Shown here in pieces: positions 1-11,508 of a stretch of 64,000 bases of DNA. The translations under genes and the position numbers were made by a program. The stretch lies in the NCBI GenBank assembly GCA_028534125.1, contig CM052839.1, positions 43,896,001 to 43,960,000 on the forward strand, written 5' to 3'. Within the stretch, counting starts at the first letter, position 1. Each line of letters opens with the position of its first letter. A model generated the notes under the pieces. The model was given only the letters and a program-made list of their open reading frames with translations, had not been told where the DNA came from and did no database searches. The DNA is from Lama glama. Taxonomy: Eukaryota.

Positions 1-29
1 TCAGACTCTCCCTCCCGCCGCATGCTGCT

Positions 30-820
30 CTACCACGTGCCTACGAAATTCGGGTATCCTTCCCGTTGACGGGCACCTAGGTTGCTCAGTTTTCTGCTGC
101 AGATGCTGTCACGCAGGTGTCCCAGTACGCGAGCAGCAGAGCTCTTCTGCAGAAGAACTGCTGGGTACAGATCACAAGAAAGATAACGCCAGGCTGTCTT
201 CCAAGGCGGCCGTGCTGACTCAGGCCCGGAGGTCACAAAGAACCTTGCTGCCTTCCATCCCCTCCGACCTTCGGTCTGGGCAGACTTTGGAGTCATCATT
301 GGTTACAAAGGTGGAGGGCGGTTCTGATGCGTCTCCCAGTTACTAGGTGACTGGCGACCGCCGCCTCTGCTTCCTGACTGTGAGGGTCGTCTTCCACAAA
401 GTGCCTGCTCCTCCCGTGTATCTGTTCAATACATGGCTGCCTTTTCCTTGTGGACCTGTGGTTCTTTATATATTCTTGATGTCAGTCCTTTGTTGTTTGT
501 GCCCCAGGTTTCATCTCCCCATTTGTAGTTCCCTGTTTGTCTTTTGTTTTTTCATAAACAGAAGTTCTTAATTTTCATGCAGCTGAATTTATCCATCTTT
601 TTCTTTTGTGGTTTGTGCCTTCCGAGTCTCATTCAAGACATCTCTCAACCCAGGGTCAGAAAGATATTTGCTCATGTTTGTCATAAAAGCATGGTTTTTA
701 CTCCTGATACTAAGTTTTTAATCCATTTTCTGGTGTGAGTATGCTGTGACATGGGTAGTCTATCTCATTTTTTCCATACGTAAGTCCTACGGATTTCTCC
801 CCAAAGTTCCATTTATTTAA
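30..820 (-). mobile_element. Old L1M-type LINE fragment in a USP36 intron
   Basis: T-rich degraded text resembling the antisense of the L1 ORF2 3' region (e.g. ttctttatatattcttgatgtcagtcctttg; cagaagttcttaattttcatgcag). Boundaries approximate. Confidence 0.55.
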
Positions 821-873
821 AATAGGAGACACATGTATACATGAAAAACTGACATGAAATGCCACACTTTCAT

Positions 874-1059
874 GTGTGCACGGCCCACCCCGCCGCGCTC
901 ACACTCCCAGCCTCAAGTGTGCACAGCCCGCCCTACCACATTCACACTCCCAGCCCGGCTTGTGCATGGCCCGCCCCGCCGCGCTCACTCCCGGCCCCGC
1001 GTGTGCACGGCCCGCCCCGGCCCGCCCCGCCGCGCTCACACTCACAGCCGCGCGTGTGC
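874..1059. repeat. GC-rich minisatellite, ~43-bp unit x4, overlapping the USP36 exon donor
   Basis: Units start at ~874, 917, 960 and 1001; consensus gtgtgcacggcccgccccgccgcgctcacactcccagcc. The last unit runs into the exon. Confidence 0.85.
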
Positions 1060-1267
1060 TCCCTGGAGAGCAGGTAGTTGGCCAGGGGTGGCGTGTAGGT
1101 CAAGCACTGCACCGTCGAGTTGAGGAAGCAGGTGTTCCCGAGGTTGTGCAGCCCCGCGCCCACGCGGTACACGCGCCCCCAGCGCAGCGACAGTCGCTCC
1201 CCGGGGAAGAGCACCTTCTGCGGGGCGGGGACGCCATCGCCGCCGCTCCCGGACGCGTGCTCGCCGC
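1046..1267 (-). CDS. USP36: USP36 second coding exon (222 nt), start of the USP catalytic domain
   Basis: Acceptor cag|GC at 1267 and donor T|gtgag at 1046. Encodes [74 protein letters not shown] with the Cys box GLxNxGNTCF (Cys codon 1128-1130). The gene continues beyond the left edge of the window. Confidence 0.96.
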
Positions 1268-1754
1268 CTGGGGGAGACAGGGACGGGGGGAGGTCAGGAC
1301 GCCGCAGGTCCACGCACACGCGGCGCGCGCTGGCTCAGGCGCGGCCTCCGGGGGTAACTGAGGTCCCACTGCGGAAGTTCTAGAAAGCCTGTCCGTGGTT
1401 CTTCCTGACTGCCTGGGTCGAGAACTCAGGGACCCTGTGTCAGAGGACAAGGTTCCGAGACAGAGCAGCTGGAGGAACCTGGCCCCTGCGCTCAACTCAC
1501 CCCTTCCTCCTCCTGGTTTCCCAGCCCAGCTCTCAAGCCTCTTAACACACAGGCTCCTAAGAATCTCTAAGGACACAGAGCTCTTCCTTAACACCCCCTC
1601 CTGTAGCATCACTTCTGTACCTAAAACCTACAGACCCAGCCAGCATTCACAGCTGACCACATTCTGGTTTTGTTCCTACTCATCAGTCAACGTCTCGTCC
1701 GTCCACTTGCTCAGCCCAGGGAGGCCCTTTCTCCAGCGCACGAAGCGTCTGTAC

Positions 1755-2007
1755 CCTGTCTCCTGGCTGGTGGCTCATCCCCACTCCTGTGGCAGCCGGC
1801 CCCCTCGGTCCTGGGATTCAGCAGCACATATTTGCTCTTCAGGGACTCCAGCTGGTAGGAGAAACTCTTGCTGGCCGGCTCGAACTCGAGCTTCTGTAGA
1901 AGGACCTTCTTGGCAGAGGAGGCCAGAAGCTTCCCCAGCTCCCCCTCGTCAGCCGAGTCCTTGCGGCCAGGCTTCAGGGCCTCCTTCAACTTGTCGACAA
2001 TGGGCAT
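1755..2007 (-). CDS. USP36: USP36 first coding exon (exon 1755-2016; 253 coding nt)
   Basis: MPIVDKLKEALKPGRKDSADEGELGKLLASSAKKVLLQKLEFEPASKSFSYQLESLKSKYVLLNP is the recognisable USP36 N-terminus. Acceptor acag| at 2016; phase-1 donor G|gtac at 1755 joins in frame to the next exon. Confidence 0.96.
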
Positions 2008-2494
2008 GGTGCATCACTGTGGGGACAGAAGGAACAGAGTGACGGGTGCCCAGTGCTGGGAACAGGGCATCCTCTCCCTGACAGCTCCCTCTGGGTCCTT
2101 ACAGATGCAGCCCACCACAAAAGAGTCTCTGGGTCAGCTGCCACCCCTACAAAGGAAGGGTAAGACATGGAGACGGTACTGCTCCCTGGGACCGAGCAGC
2201 ATCCCTGCCCGCCCTCTCAAACAGACAAGTGCCTCTAAGCAGGCAGAAGCTGCATCGAGGAGGCCAGACCCTCACAGCAGCGGCGTCTCTTCGACAGATG
2301 CCACCAAGTGACCCCAGACACCACGCTTGGTGTGATTTCCTTCTAGAGGCTACCAAGTGGTCCTCACACCTGCTCAAAATCAGGGAAACACTAATCCTCG
2401 CGAGACACTCGGTCGCACACACAAATCCACTTAAAGGAATCTGTGTGGTGCATGAGGTAAGCACACTTCTCTGTTCACACCCACACTCAAAATG

Positions 2495-2775
2495 AAGCCC
2501 ACAGCCCTCACGTGGCCTCTGACCACGTGAAATGAACCTGGTCCAAACTGAGATGTGCTGAGACTGTAAAACACACAGGATTCTGAAGACTCAGTTTGAG
2601 AACGTAAAATGCCTCAGTAATCTTAAGACTGCTTATATGCCGAAATGGCAATATTCACATGTACTGGGTTAAATGAAATATATTATGAAAATTAATCTCA
2701 CTTGCTTCTTTTTATTTTTAATGTGGCTGCTGTAAGACTAAATTATACTTGTAGCTTGTGCTACTGGATGGTGCT
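2495..2775 (-). mobile_element. MER33-like hAT-Charlie DNA transposon remnant
   Basis: Resembles the reverse complement of MER33 (gagatgtgctg...gtaaaacacacaggatt...gggttaaatgaaatatattatgaaaattaat...ttttaatgtggct). Confidence 0.7.
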
Positions 2776-5569
2776 TGTACAGATTATCATTCTTTTTAAG
2801 TGAGGGAGGAGAGAAAAGACAGCAACAGGACTAGAACAGCAGTCACAAGTCACCTAAACTGAAGCAAACGGGCAGGTGGGGGCAGGTGGGGGGCGTGGCG
2901 GCAGCTCCAGCCTCTGGAACATGGCAGGTCTGGGTAATTCCATCACCAATTAGCTATAAACTCCAAGGACAATGACTGTGACTGCTGGAGACCATTCCTT
3001 ATGAAACAGGAACAAACAGCATCAAAGGTGGCTGTGGGTCAACGGGAAGACAGGCACCGGGTGAGTGCTGAGTGCTGCCTGCGGAAGAGTCACTGAGTGA
3101 CAGACCTGACACCAGGGGGGCCCTGGTGCAGAAACTGTAGCAAACCGGAAACCCCCAGCACCTCTGACTGCAGCAACTGTATCTTCTTCTCTTCCCCACC
3201 CACAAGCTCTCAACTCGACCATCCAGCCAAAGCTCAAGGACCATCTGAGCCACATTAGAAAAGCACGTTCCTGAAACAGCTCACTCCCATCAGAAAAACA
3301 GAGACTCCCTCAGGGATGCGGTCTCTGGCCTGACCCAGTCCGTCAGGTGCACCCAAAACTGCTCAAGTGGAAGGACCACCCCCAACACCTCTTATTAAAC
3401 CATCCAAACTTATGGGTAGGGGGCATCTAATTCTGTATGTGGATCAAATTTTTCTACAAAAATTTCTGTAAAGAACAGATATGTAAGAAACTTACTTTTA
3501 AGAAAGCAAGCACAAGTTCTTTGACATGAAAAAAATGAAGAACATTTCCCAAGGGGGATCACCTAAGAGTTCTCACCAACTGAACAATGTCTGCTGGGCC
3601 ACCTGCGGGTACCTCGAGGGAAGGAAGACGCACAGCAGCCTGTGCGGGCTTACCTGGGGTGTCTGAACTTGGGTGAGCCGTTCCTGCAGCATGGGGTCAG
3701 GTCCCTGGCCGGACTGGGCAGGTGGGGTGCCGGCCCCTCAAATTCCCGTGCTCCCCAGGTTTGGCCTGTTAAATTACCAAAACCACGTGTGGCGTGTGGT
3801 CCAGAACAGGCGCCAGAATCTGTGGGATGAACAGAGCATCAATGAGGCCAGCGCTCGTCCCACTGTTTCATCAGCCCACTCCCTGGACACGGAGTAGGAA
3901 GGCCACCCATCTACCGGGAACAGTCAGCATTCAGGCTGAAGGAACAGCAGTAGGAAGTGTGGAGGAGAACTAAGCTAACTCGCTACGGACAATTCCGGTA
4001 GACATGATGTGAAAACACTAACCTTTGCTCCTTATCTTAACTTTCATACCAGCGACAAGCCCAGTGAACAAAGATCTCCCCACACCAGCCAGTCAACTCT
4101 GGTCTACGTCGCATTTGCAAGGTCTACTAGATAACAGATAATACTCTCCAGCTTCCAGATTTCGTGAGCCACTAAGATTTTCCCAAAAAAAGAAAATCGA
4201 AGGCGAGATGAGAGTTGCCAAATTTTCACTATTTCAAGTCTGGGTTGTTTTTTTCTTTAATTACTATCCACAATCACTATGATTACAGAAAATCAGGCAC
4301 TTAAAACCTTTTTACCTGGGAAAACGTCCACACAAAATGGAGAGAGAACAGCTCCCTTAATCAGTGTCAGTAATCTCTGTGCAGGACCTCTCCTGTCCCC
4401 ACCTGACTTTACCGCAAGGTTCAGCTATATCACGTGTGACGTCCATAAACCAAAGCACATTGACTCCGAGGGTTTAAAAAAGGCATAGTGAACGTATTAG
4501 AATGAAGGCCACTTGTAATGTGGAGATGTCTGTCTTATGAAAGCTCCCTACAATGCCGCTCTTCCCAACAGGATCACATACCACCAAGGACAGGTGAAGA
4601 TATGTCACCAGTGGGCATGGGTCTGGGAACAGAGAAGCTAGAGAATAAACAGAACTTGGGAGATTTAACCCAATTTTCTTCGAGATAAACAACTTAAGGA
4701 ACACCTAGCCCACAGAGCCCACTCCTCAGTATGGAGTTGGAGATTTGAATAAACAACTTTTCAGATTTTGACAGATCAAACCTCTACATCACCAATTCCA
4801 CATGAAACATGAAGCAGCAACTTAATGATTTCCCTCCAAGGTGTAGCAACCCAGAGAAAGCTGTCCTTGAAATCACCAGCGAGCCCTGCGACCTACACAC
4901 GTGGTAAGGTCTCCTTCAGAACTCGGGAAGGGTGCTCTCTCTCCAGTCCACGTTTCTTACGGTCCGGAAACAGCTCACACTTAATCTGTGCATATTTCTC
5001 ACTCGACTCAAACAAGACTTCCTCCAAACAATCACCATTCAAGCACATTTTCTCTCCCTCCTCCCTTGAAATGCATTTTCCCAGCATAAACTGCACTCAA
5101 GACTCCCAGGGTCAACCACGTGCTGGCGGGAGGAGCCCCACTCACACGGCTGGTGCCTCCCTGGTGCCTCCCGGGGGCCTTTCAGAGAGCTCTTCTGCAG
5201 AGCAACCACCAGCCAGGAAAGAGCGCCCGGAGCGTCCTTCTCCTGGGAGGCCTGAATCCCCGCATCCCTTACAGATGGTGGACTGGGATTTTTCCTCTCT
5301 CATCGCCTGTTTTAGGAAGCCACTCGAGCTCCTAGAACCCCAGGGGAGACCCAACACTACCAGACCAAAGCAATGGGTATTTCAAAAACTCACATCCACG
5401 ACCACGACCATAAGAAATGTTACCTTCTCCAGGGGTGAGCTTTCCCACATCTCTTACTACAGGAAAACAAACAGATCTCAGCTCTGCCGCCAAGCAGAAG
5501 GCCTTCCCCCAGATTTTGACTTAAGCCATTCCAGAGAAAGTCTGACTCCTGCAGAAATGATGCTTCTGT

Positions 5570-6620
5570 GCGAAACGGCCGTGCCATCATCGACAAGGGC
5601 TGCTGCCTCCTCCCCCGCCTAGGCTCCTCGCCTCGGGGAGCTCTCCGCTCCACCACGGGTCGGTCCGGGTGTGAGGGAAGCAGCGGAGAGCCGACCTGGG
5701 CCAGCCCGTACGGAAGACATACCGCCCGGGACCTCGCTGTGGACGCGCAGCCAGGGACCTCACCATGGACCTCAGAAAACCCTCGCGGACTTGCAGCCCC
5801 GGGACCTCCCCGTGGACTCCGGAGCCCCTCGCGGACGCGCAGCTCCAGGGTCTCCCCATGGACCCTGGAGTCCCTGGCAGACGAACACCCGTGTCTCCCG
5901 GAGCGCCCCCCGTCCGCCTTCACTTCCCGCGCCCCGCCGGGCGGAAGCCCTTCTCCCGGCCCGCGCGCCGCCCCGACCCAGCCCCAGCCTACCCGACCCT
6001 CGACGGGCCGGGATGCAGGCCCACAGCGCTGGCGTCTGCTCGGCACGGGCCCCGCACACGCACCATCCGGGCCTCCGGCGCCTCACACACGTGTCACGAC
6101 GACGCTTAAAGGCGCCGCAACTCGCGACCTGCGCACCGGGACACCGAAAGGCCTCGGCAGCTTTAAGAGGCGGGGCTAGCTGCTGCCCTATTCCCTGGGC
6201 CCGCCCACAGCCGCCTTACGCGCCCGATACGTCACCTCCCCATCCCGAGGCCCCTCCAGCCTACGCGATGACGCAAGCGCGCAGAGCTGGGGACGCCCCG
6301 CCCTCTTGGCCGGCGCCCGGCGAGTTCCCGCAGAGTACGCGAGGCGTCGGCTTCCGGGTTCCGCGCGCGGGGCTCCGGGCGCACCTGGGGCGGCGGTCTG
6401 GGCCGCGTCTCCTTCTCCCCTGCTGTCGGGGCGGTGGCGCAGGGGGCTTGGCCGCACTCTCTAGGGTCTTTAGTGACCAAGACACAGGTTGGGCGAGAAG
6501 AGGGCAGCAGGCCCAGCAAAGCCCGGGGAGGCGCAGAGGGCTCTCGAGATGAAGGGGTCTGGAATGAGGGGATTTGACCTTCGCAGTGTCCGGGGGCCCT
6601 GCGCCGGCTCCCTTCCTCCG
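5570..6620 (-). promoter_or_regulatory. USP36: USP36 CpG-island promoter / non-coding exon 1 region
   Basis: Dense CpG ~3.6-4.6 kb upstream of the start codon. GC boxes, ETS-like cttccgg (~6351), CRE-like gatgacgcaa (~6268). Candidate exon-1 donor T|gtgagg at ~6087. Confidence 0.8.
5733..5885. repeat. 46-bp GC-rich tandem repeat (~3.3 copies) at the edge of the USP36 CpG island
   Basis: cctcgcggac...gcagc...ggg.cctcccc.tggac...ggag recurs at ~5735, 5781, 5827 and 5873 (period 46). Confidence 0.8.
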
Positions 6621-7394
6621 AGAGCGCCATCCCTTGACGATCACGTTAAGGTTTTTATGAATGTTTGCAAACACTCGCTTTTGCGGCATTTAAGAAAATC
6701 CCTTTCACCTGAATCCGCTTCGTTGTTTTCCCCCCGTTCCCCGGGGCAGGTGGAGAGAGTGCGGGCCCTGGCCTGACCGCCTGATACTCTCACAGACGCA
6801 AAGGAATATTGTTGCTCCCTCAGTAAACGACTTTTCCCTAACGGCAACGCCTGGAGTGCACAACCCTCTGGGCTGTGTCCTTCTTGGCAGACAAGTGTGA
6901 AGGGCGGGCCAGGCTAGAGCCATCTTGCCCCCTTGCCGCAGTCCTTAGACGGGAGGACGGCGATGGAGAGAGAATGAGTATAACGAACAAAATTCACGTG
7001 TTGTTATCACTTGGGGCCTGGTGTTTTTCTGAAAAAGTAAACAAGTGTAAAGGAATCCGCAGGAGCCGGAGGCTGGCCCCATCTGTGAAAACCCTCAACT
7101 AAAGAGATTCAGAGTGGGGTTTGTCCCTGAGTCCTCTGGGCGCCTTGGAGCAACGATGCAGACAAAGACAATTCTCACTATTCCAGGCTTGATACAATGT
7201 ATAAACGAGTGACTAAAGGCGGGGGCGGGGGGAAGGGCTGGAGTCGGGGGGAGACCTCAGTTTTATCCCAACTCTGCCCTAATTAGCAAGTTGTTTTGGA
7301 CATTTCTTTTAACTAACCCAGGTCTCCATGTCATCATCTGTGAATTACCATCTCCAGCACGTCTTTCATTCTTCATTATTAATGCTGATGCCAT

Positions 7395-7595
7395 TTGCTC
7401 CTATGTTGAGTTCATGTGATGTGCCAGATACCAAGCTGGCCGCTTACCAACACTCTGATTTAATCCTTTATGGCAACCCCACAAAACGATTTTGTCCCCA
7501 TTCTACGGATGAGAAGACTGAGTGTGCAAGGTCCTAGGAAGCCAGTGGTGGTTTAAGCCCAGGTTTATCAGGCTCCAAGCTCACACCTTTAGCTC
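7395..7595 (-). mobile_element. MIR SINE fragment
   Basis: MIR-like core ccccattctacggatgagaagactgag, with flanking atgtgccag and ggctccaagctcacac. Confidence 0.6.
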
Positions 7596-7814
7596 AGGCC
7601 CTCAGTGGTAACCCTGAATTTCTTCTGAGATGACAGAGGTGTCACCTGACAGGCCCACCTGCTGCTTGAGAATATGATCTGAAATCGAGAAATCAGGAGG
7701 AGCCTTCAGCCCATGACACTCACACCCTCCTCCCCTTTCAAATTCCCTCTCAAGAGCCTTCAGAGTGTAGTCTCCTAGAGGTATGTTCCCATGGCCGGTA
7801 TAAAAATCTTTCCT

Positions 7815-8040
7815 AACATGCTCAACCTCAAAGGTCACCAGAGAAATGCAAATTAAAACCACCATGAGTTACATTCCACACTTTCTGGAACAAACAGCTA
7901 GAACTAAAGAGACTACACGTTGGAGAGGATGTGGAGCAAGCAGACTGTAAAACAGCTGGGAATGTAAAAATGATGCAACCATTTTGGAAAATGGACTGTT
8001 TCTTTTAAGTGACATACTTACCCCATGAGCACATCCATTG
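7815..8040 (+). mobile_element. L1 ORF2 3'-end fragment
   Basis: cagagaaatgcaaattaaaaccaccatgag...gaggatgtggagcaa...gggaatgtaaaaatg is typical of the L1 ORF2 C-terminus. Confidence 0.7.
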
Positions 8041-8699
8041 CTGCCACCACAACTAACTGCTGCCTGTGGGCTGGTAAACTCCAGATGTGCAGATGCAGAA
8101 CCTCTCTCCCCCGATCTTCGGAATGGTGGGTCCAGTGCGTCAAGGCCATCTCCCCCTGAAGGTCGCATGAGCACTCGAAACTCACCATGCCCAGAAATGG
8201 GTGGCCCCCGTACCCTTCCCTAAGCTGCCTCTCCTTTCTGCTCTGCTGCCCACTTGGGCTAGTGTGCTGGAGTTCAGACTAAATCCTTACCCTTTTCAGC
8301 TGGTTTCCTGGTGGGTCCGGCCACGTGGGGGCACTGGTGAGACTGGATCATGGAGGAAAGAAGCAAGCTGTTCTCCCTCCCTTCTCTGCTTTGAATGGAG
8401 TTTCTGGCAGTGGCTCCAGCTCCTTCCAGAGAGGCAGGCTGTGGCTGCAGCCTCCCACATGTCCCCCTCCTGGGCTCTTGTAGGGCAGCCTCCTGCTTCT
8501 GTCCCTCCACCCTCGAGGTGCTAACAGCTTCCCAGGGAGTTTCTTCCATCAGGATGTAACCAATCCCTACCTGAATCTCCTCTGTTTTAAAGGCTGTACA
8601 TAGTGGGTTTGGTGATGCTGGTTGGACCTAGACTGATACAGTGACCCCAGCATCCCCTGCCTGGCTAGCATTCTGGGCTCCTCTCTTTCCCTCCCTCCT

Positions 8700-9335
8700 C
8701 AGCCCTCCCCGGTAAATTGTCAGTCAACAAATTTTGCTAATTCTACTTCTCAAATGTTCAAGCCACTCCCTCCCCTCCATCCAACTGCCCAAGTAAAGCC
8801 CCTCTCCACTTTCTCCTGCATTATCTGAATATAGCCACATCCATTGCTCAAACTTCCAAATAGAATAATATATTTAAAAGGCCCACCTGAACCCATTGTA
8901 CTCCTGTCTGAAGCTCTTCCCTGTCCCCTGGTGCTGATGGGAAAGCCCAGCTCCTTAGCATGGTCTCTAGTAATCCCTAGGGGCTGGTTCCTGCCTGCCT
9001 TTCTCCATCCCAGTCACTCCCTGCTCTGGATCCTTCAGCAGAGCTAAATCCAAGTGCTCCCCCTCCAGACTCCAATCAGGCTATCTCTACTTCAGGCTCA
9101 GGCTGGTCTTTGGCCTAAAATTCTCTTTCTTGTGTATCCTTCAATCACCACCTCCAAGAAGTCTTCCTGGATTCCCTCAGTCCCCGCCATTAGATTGGTG
9201 CTGCCTTGGGCTGGTGGCACATTCCACTTATACATTCAACTGGAATGTTCTCTGGACTTCGCCTCCCTCCCCCATCATGTGTCATTTCATTCGTGCATCC
9301 CTGGGCCTGCTCCATTGGAGGTACACTGTGGATAA
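8700..9335. mobile_element. Degraded L2 LINE fragment
   Basis: Pyrimidine-rich L2-like segments (cagtcaacaaattttgctaattctacttctcaaat; aatcaccacctccaagaagtcttcctg). Boundaries approximate. Confidence 0.5.
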
Positions 9336-11415
9336 ATGTGAGAGCCAACCAAATGGAAGGTGAAATGCTACAGATGAGACAACTGAATAATTTCTAAATC
9401 TTGAAAGAGAAAACTAGACAAGCACTTGAAGATAAAGGAATAAAATATTCCCAATTAAAAAAAAGAAGCTTGTAACCAAAATGAATCAAATTAGAACTTA
9501 CCTTAAAAGAGGTGCCTTAACAAATTAACAACATTATTGCCCAGAAGTCACCAGGCAGCTCCTTACTTTGGAGGTCAAGGTAAAAGGGACCGGACCCCTC
9601 CCCCAGGTTCACGGCCTGTAGAGGAACACAGATTTACAATACATTTCTAATTGTAAATGAATCAGACTTTTTCTGGCTTTTCCGTCAGTCGTTGTGAGTT
9701 TTGTGAGCGGCTACTGCTGGCCTACACAACCCTGACAACTTCCGGTCCCTGGAAACTGCTACATCAGATCCAAACCTGGGTCTAGTTGAGCTCACCAAGG
9801 AAAAGCCACGTGGCAGGGCTCCCAGCGCTGTGTTAGCCCTTCTCTCCTCTGCGTGCAGATGGCCTGCGATGGGATTTGGCCTGCATTTGGTGGTTTGGCT
9901 AAAAAGTAGCCAACCGGCCTGAGATCCATGTGCTGGCCGTGGCCACTGGCCTGCCCTGCCTTCCCCTCCCCGGCAAAGCTTTCCCTCTAAGAAAACTAAC
10001 CCAAAGTGCACGCCACAGGCGTGCATCTCCCCTGCGAATGAGAGCAGCTGTCCCTACTCGCGAATACTGACAACAGGCTCCCCTTTACAGAGCCCGTCCC
10101 CCGTGGCCCTCATAACGCCTCTCCTCCTCTCTGCAGACCCACCCCTCCCCCGAAACTCCCCCAGGCGACTGCGCGCTTTATCCTTCGGGCTTTATCCTTC
10201 CGGGTGCTGCTTGCGCTGCTGGGTTGGGTTTGGTTCATTCCTTTCCTCCCTGGTGGCTCCGGCTGGTCCTCCCAGCACAGCATTAATCTGCACGGACTGC
10301 GTGCGTCTGTTCCCCCTCAGGACCAGATTTTATAAACTTTTCAAGGGTCTTCAAGATCCTGTCTTTTCAGTCTCGGCATCCCCTTGCTTTCAGGCCCCAC
10401 GCCCCCAGCCCTGCTGAGAGTGGAACATGTCCCAGGCCCACCTAGACTCCTCCTTGCCATGTCCAGACCTGCCTGTGGACTTGATAGGTGGGGCAGAGGG
10501 GCTGCGGCCGGTAGTGGGTTGAATGGGGACAAAAAGGGAGAGAAGTCTGCCTTTGTTCTGAAAACAAACACATAAAACCAAACCATTACAAAGCTCTTCA
10601 CGCAAGTGTAAGGCAAGCATCCTCACCTGCTGCCGGCTGGGAGGGTGACCTGCTCCTACCCGAGCCTCATCCTTGTATGAAGCTTCATCCGTGGTCCTTA
10701 GAGATGTCAGGCGCGTGTTCTACTGAAGAGCCAGGCCCAGGATCCTGCCTCTGCCTGCGCTCAAATGCCAGCTCCAGCACTGACCGGCTGGGTGACCGGG
10801 AACTCAGCCTCCAGGTTCCCTGTCCGTCCAGCAGGGAGGTGAGAGGACCACCTCCCAGGGTTGGCAAATGGCAAATGAGGTAACACACGGGAAACCCTTA
10901 GCACCAGTGACGGCATGAGATGAAAACGTTAGCTGTGATGGAGTGACTGGATTTCTAGGAGTGGCCTCCTAAGAGGTTGCCCGTGGGAGTTTAGGAGCGG
11001 AGTCTCCTGACTTGGGGGTCAGATCATGAAAGACGATGAACAGGACTTGTACACGGCAGTCACCGCGGCAGGCCTGAGACTGCTGTCCTCAGGGAGGCCT
11101 GCTTGCAAGGTTGGTGTCCAGGAACGTGGGTTTCAGGAGGCTCCCGTACTCCCCAGTAAGAATGGTTCCCGAGACTCACCTGCCTGTGGGTGCTGAAACC
11201 TGCTCTGCTCTGGGAGTCAGGGGTTTGCTGGCGGCTCCGATGGGACCAGCACCCAGTACAAACCTGCGGGCTGAGTCTCTAAGGAACCCCCCTGGCTGGA
11301 ATCTTGCTCCTGCTGCTCCGCCTACCTGACATTAAAGGACAAAGCAAGACACGTTGATGGGCCTAAAAATAAAAATTAAACTTTCAGTTTTATTTCATCT
11401 AGAAATAAAGCAAGC

Positions 11416-11508
11416 TTTATTTTTTAATGGAGGTACTGGGGATTGAACCCAGGACCTCATTCATGCATGGTAGGTATGGGCTCTGCCACTTGAGCTACAC
11501 CCTCCCCC
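11416..11508 (-). mobile_element. tRNA-Ala-derived SINE (camelid vic-1 type)
   Basis: Reverse complement reads ggggagggtgtagctcaagtggcagagc...gaggtcctgggttcaatccccagtacctcca plus an A-rich tail. Confidence 0.85.

Noticed and set aside
874-1059. CRISPR-like or prokaryotic repeat array
   Set aside because: Contiguous tandem units without unique spacers, in a mammalian intron. No prokaryotic or viral genes are seen in the window.
4820-5550. Possible USP36 non-coding exon 2 (acceptors at ~4985 or ~5548, donors at ~4897 or ~5424)
   Set aside because: Several competing splice sites; they cannot be resolved without transcript data.
4825-5622. 265-aa plus-strand ORF in the USP36 5' intron
   Set aside because: No recognisable domain, S/P/R-rich composition, antisense to USP36; likely a chance ORF.
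5420-6689. Many long overlapping ORFs in the USP36 CpG island
   Set aside because: Stop-codon depletion in very GC-rich DNA gives low-complexity A/R/P/G peptides.
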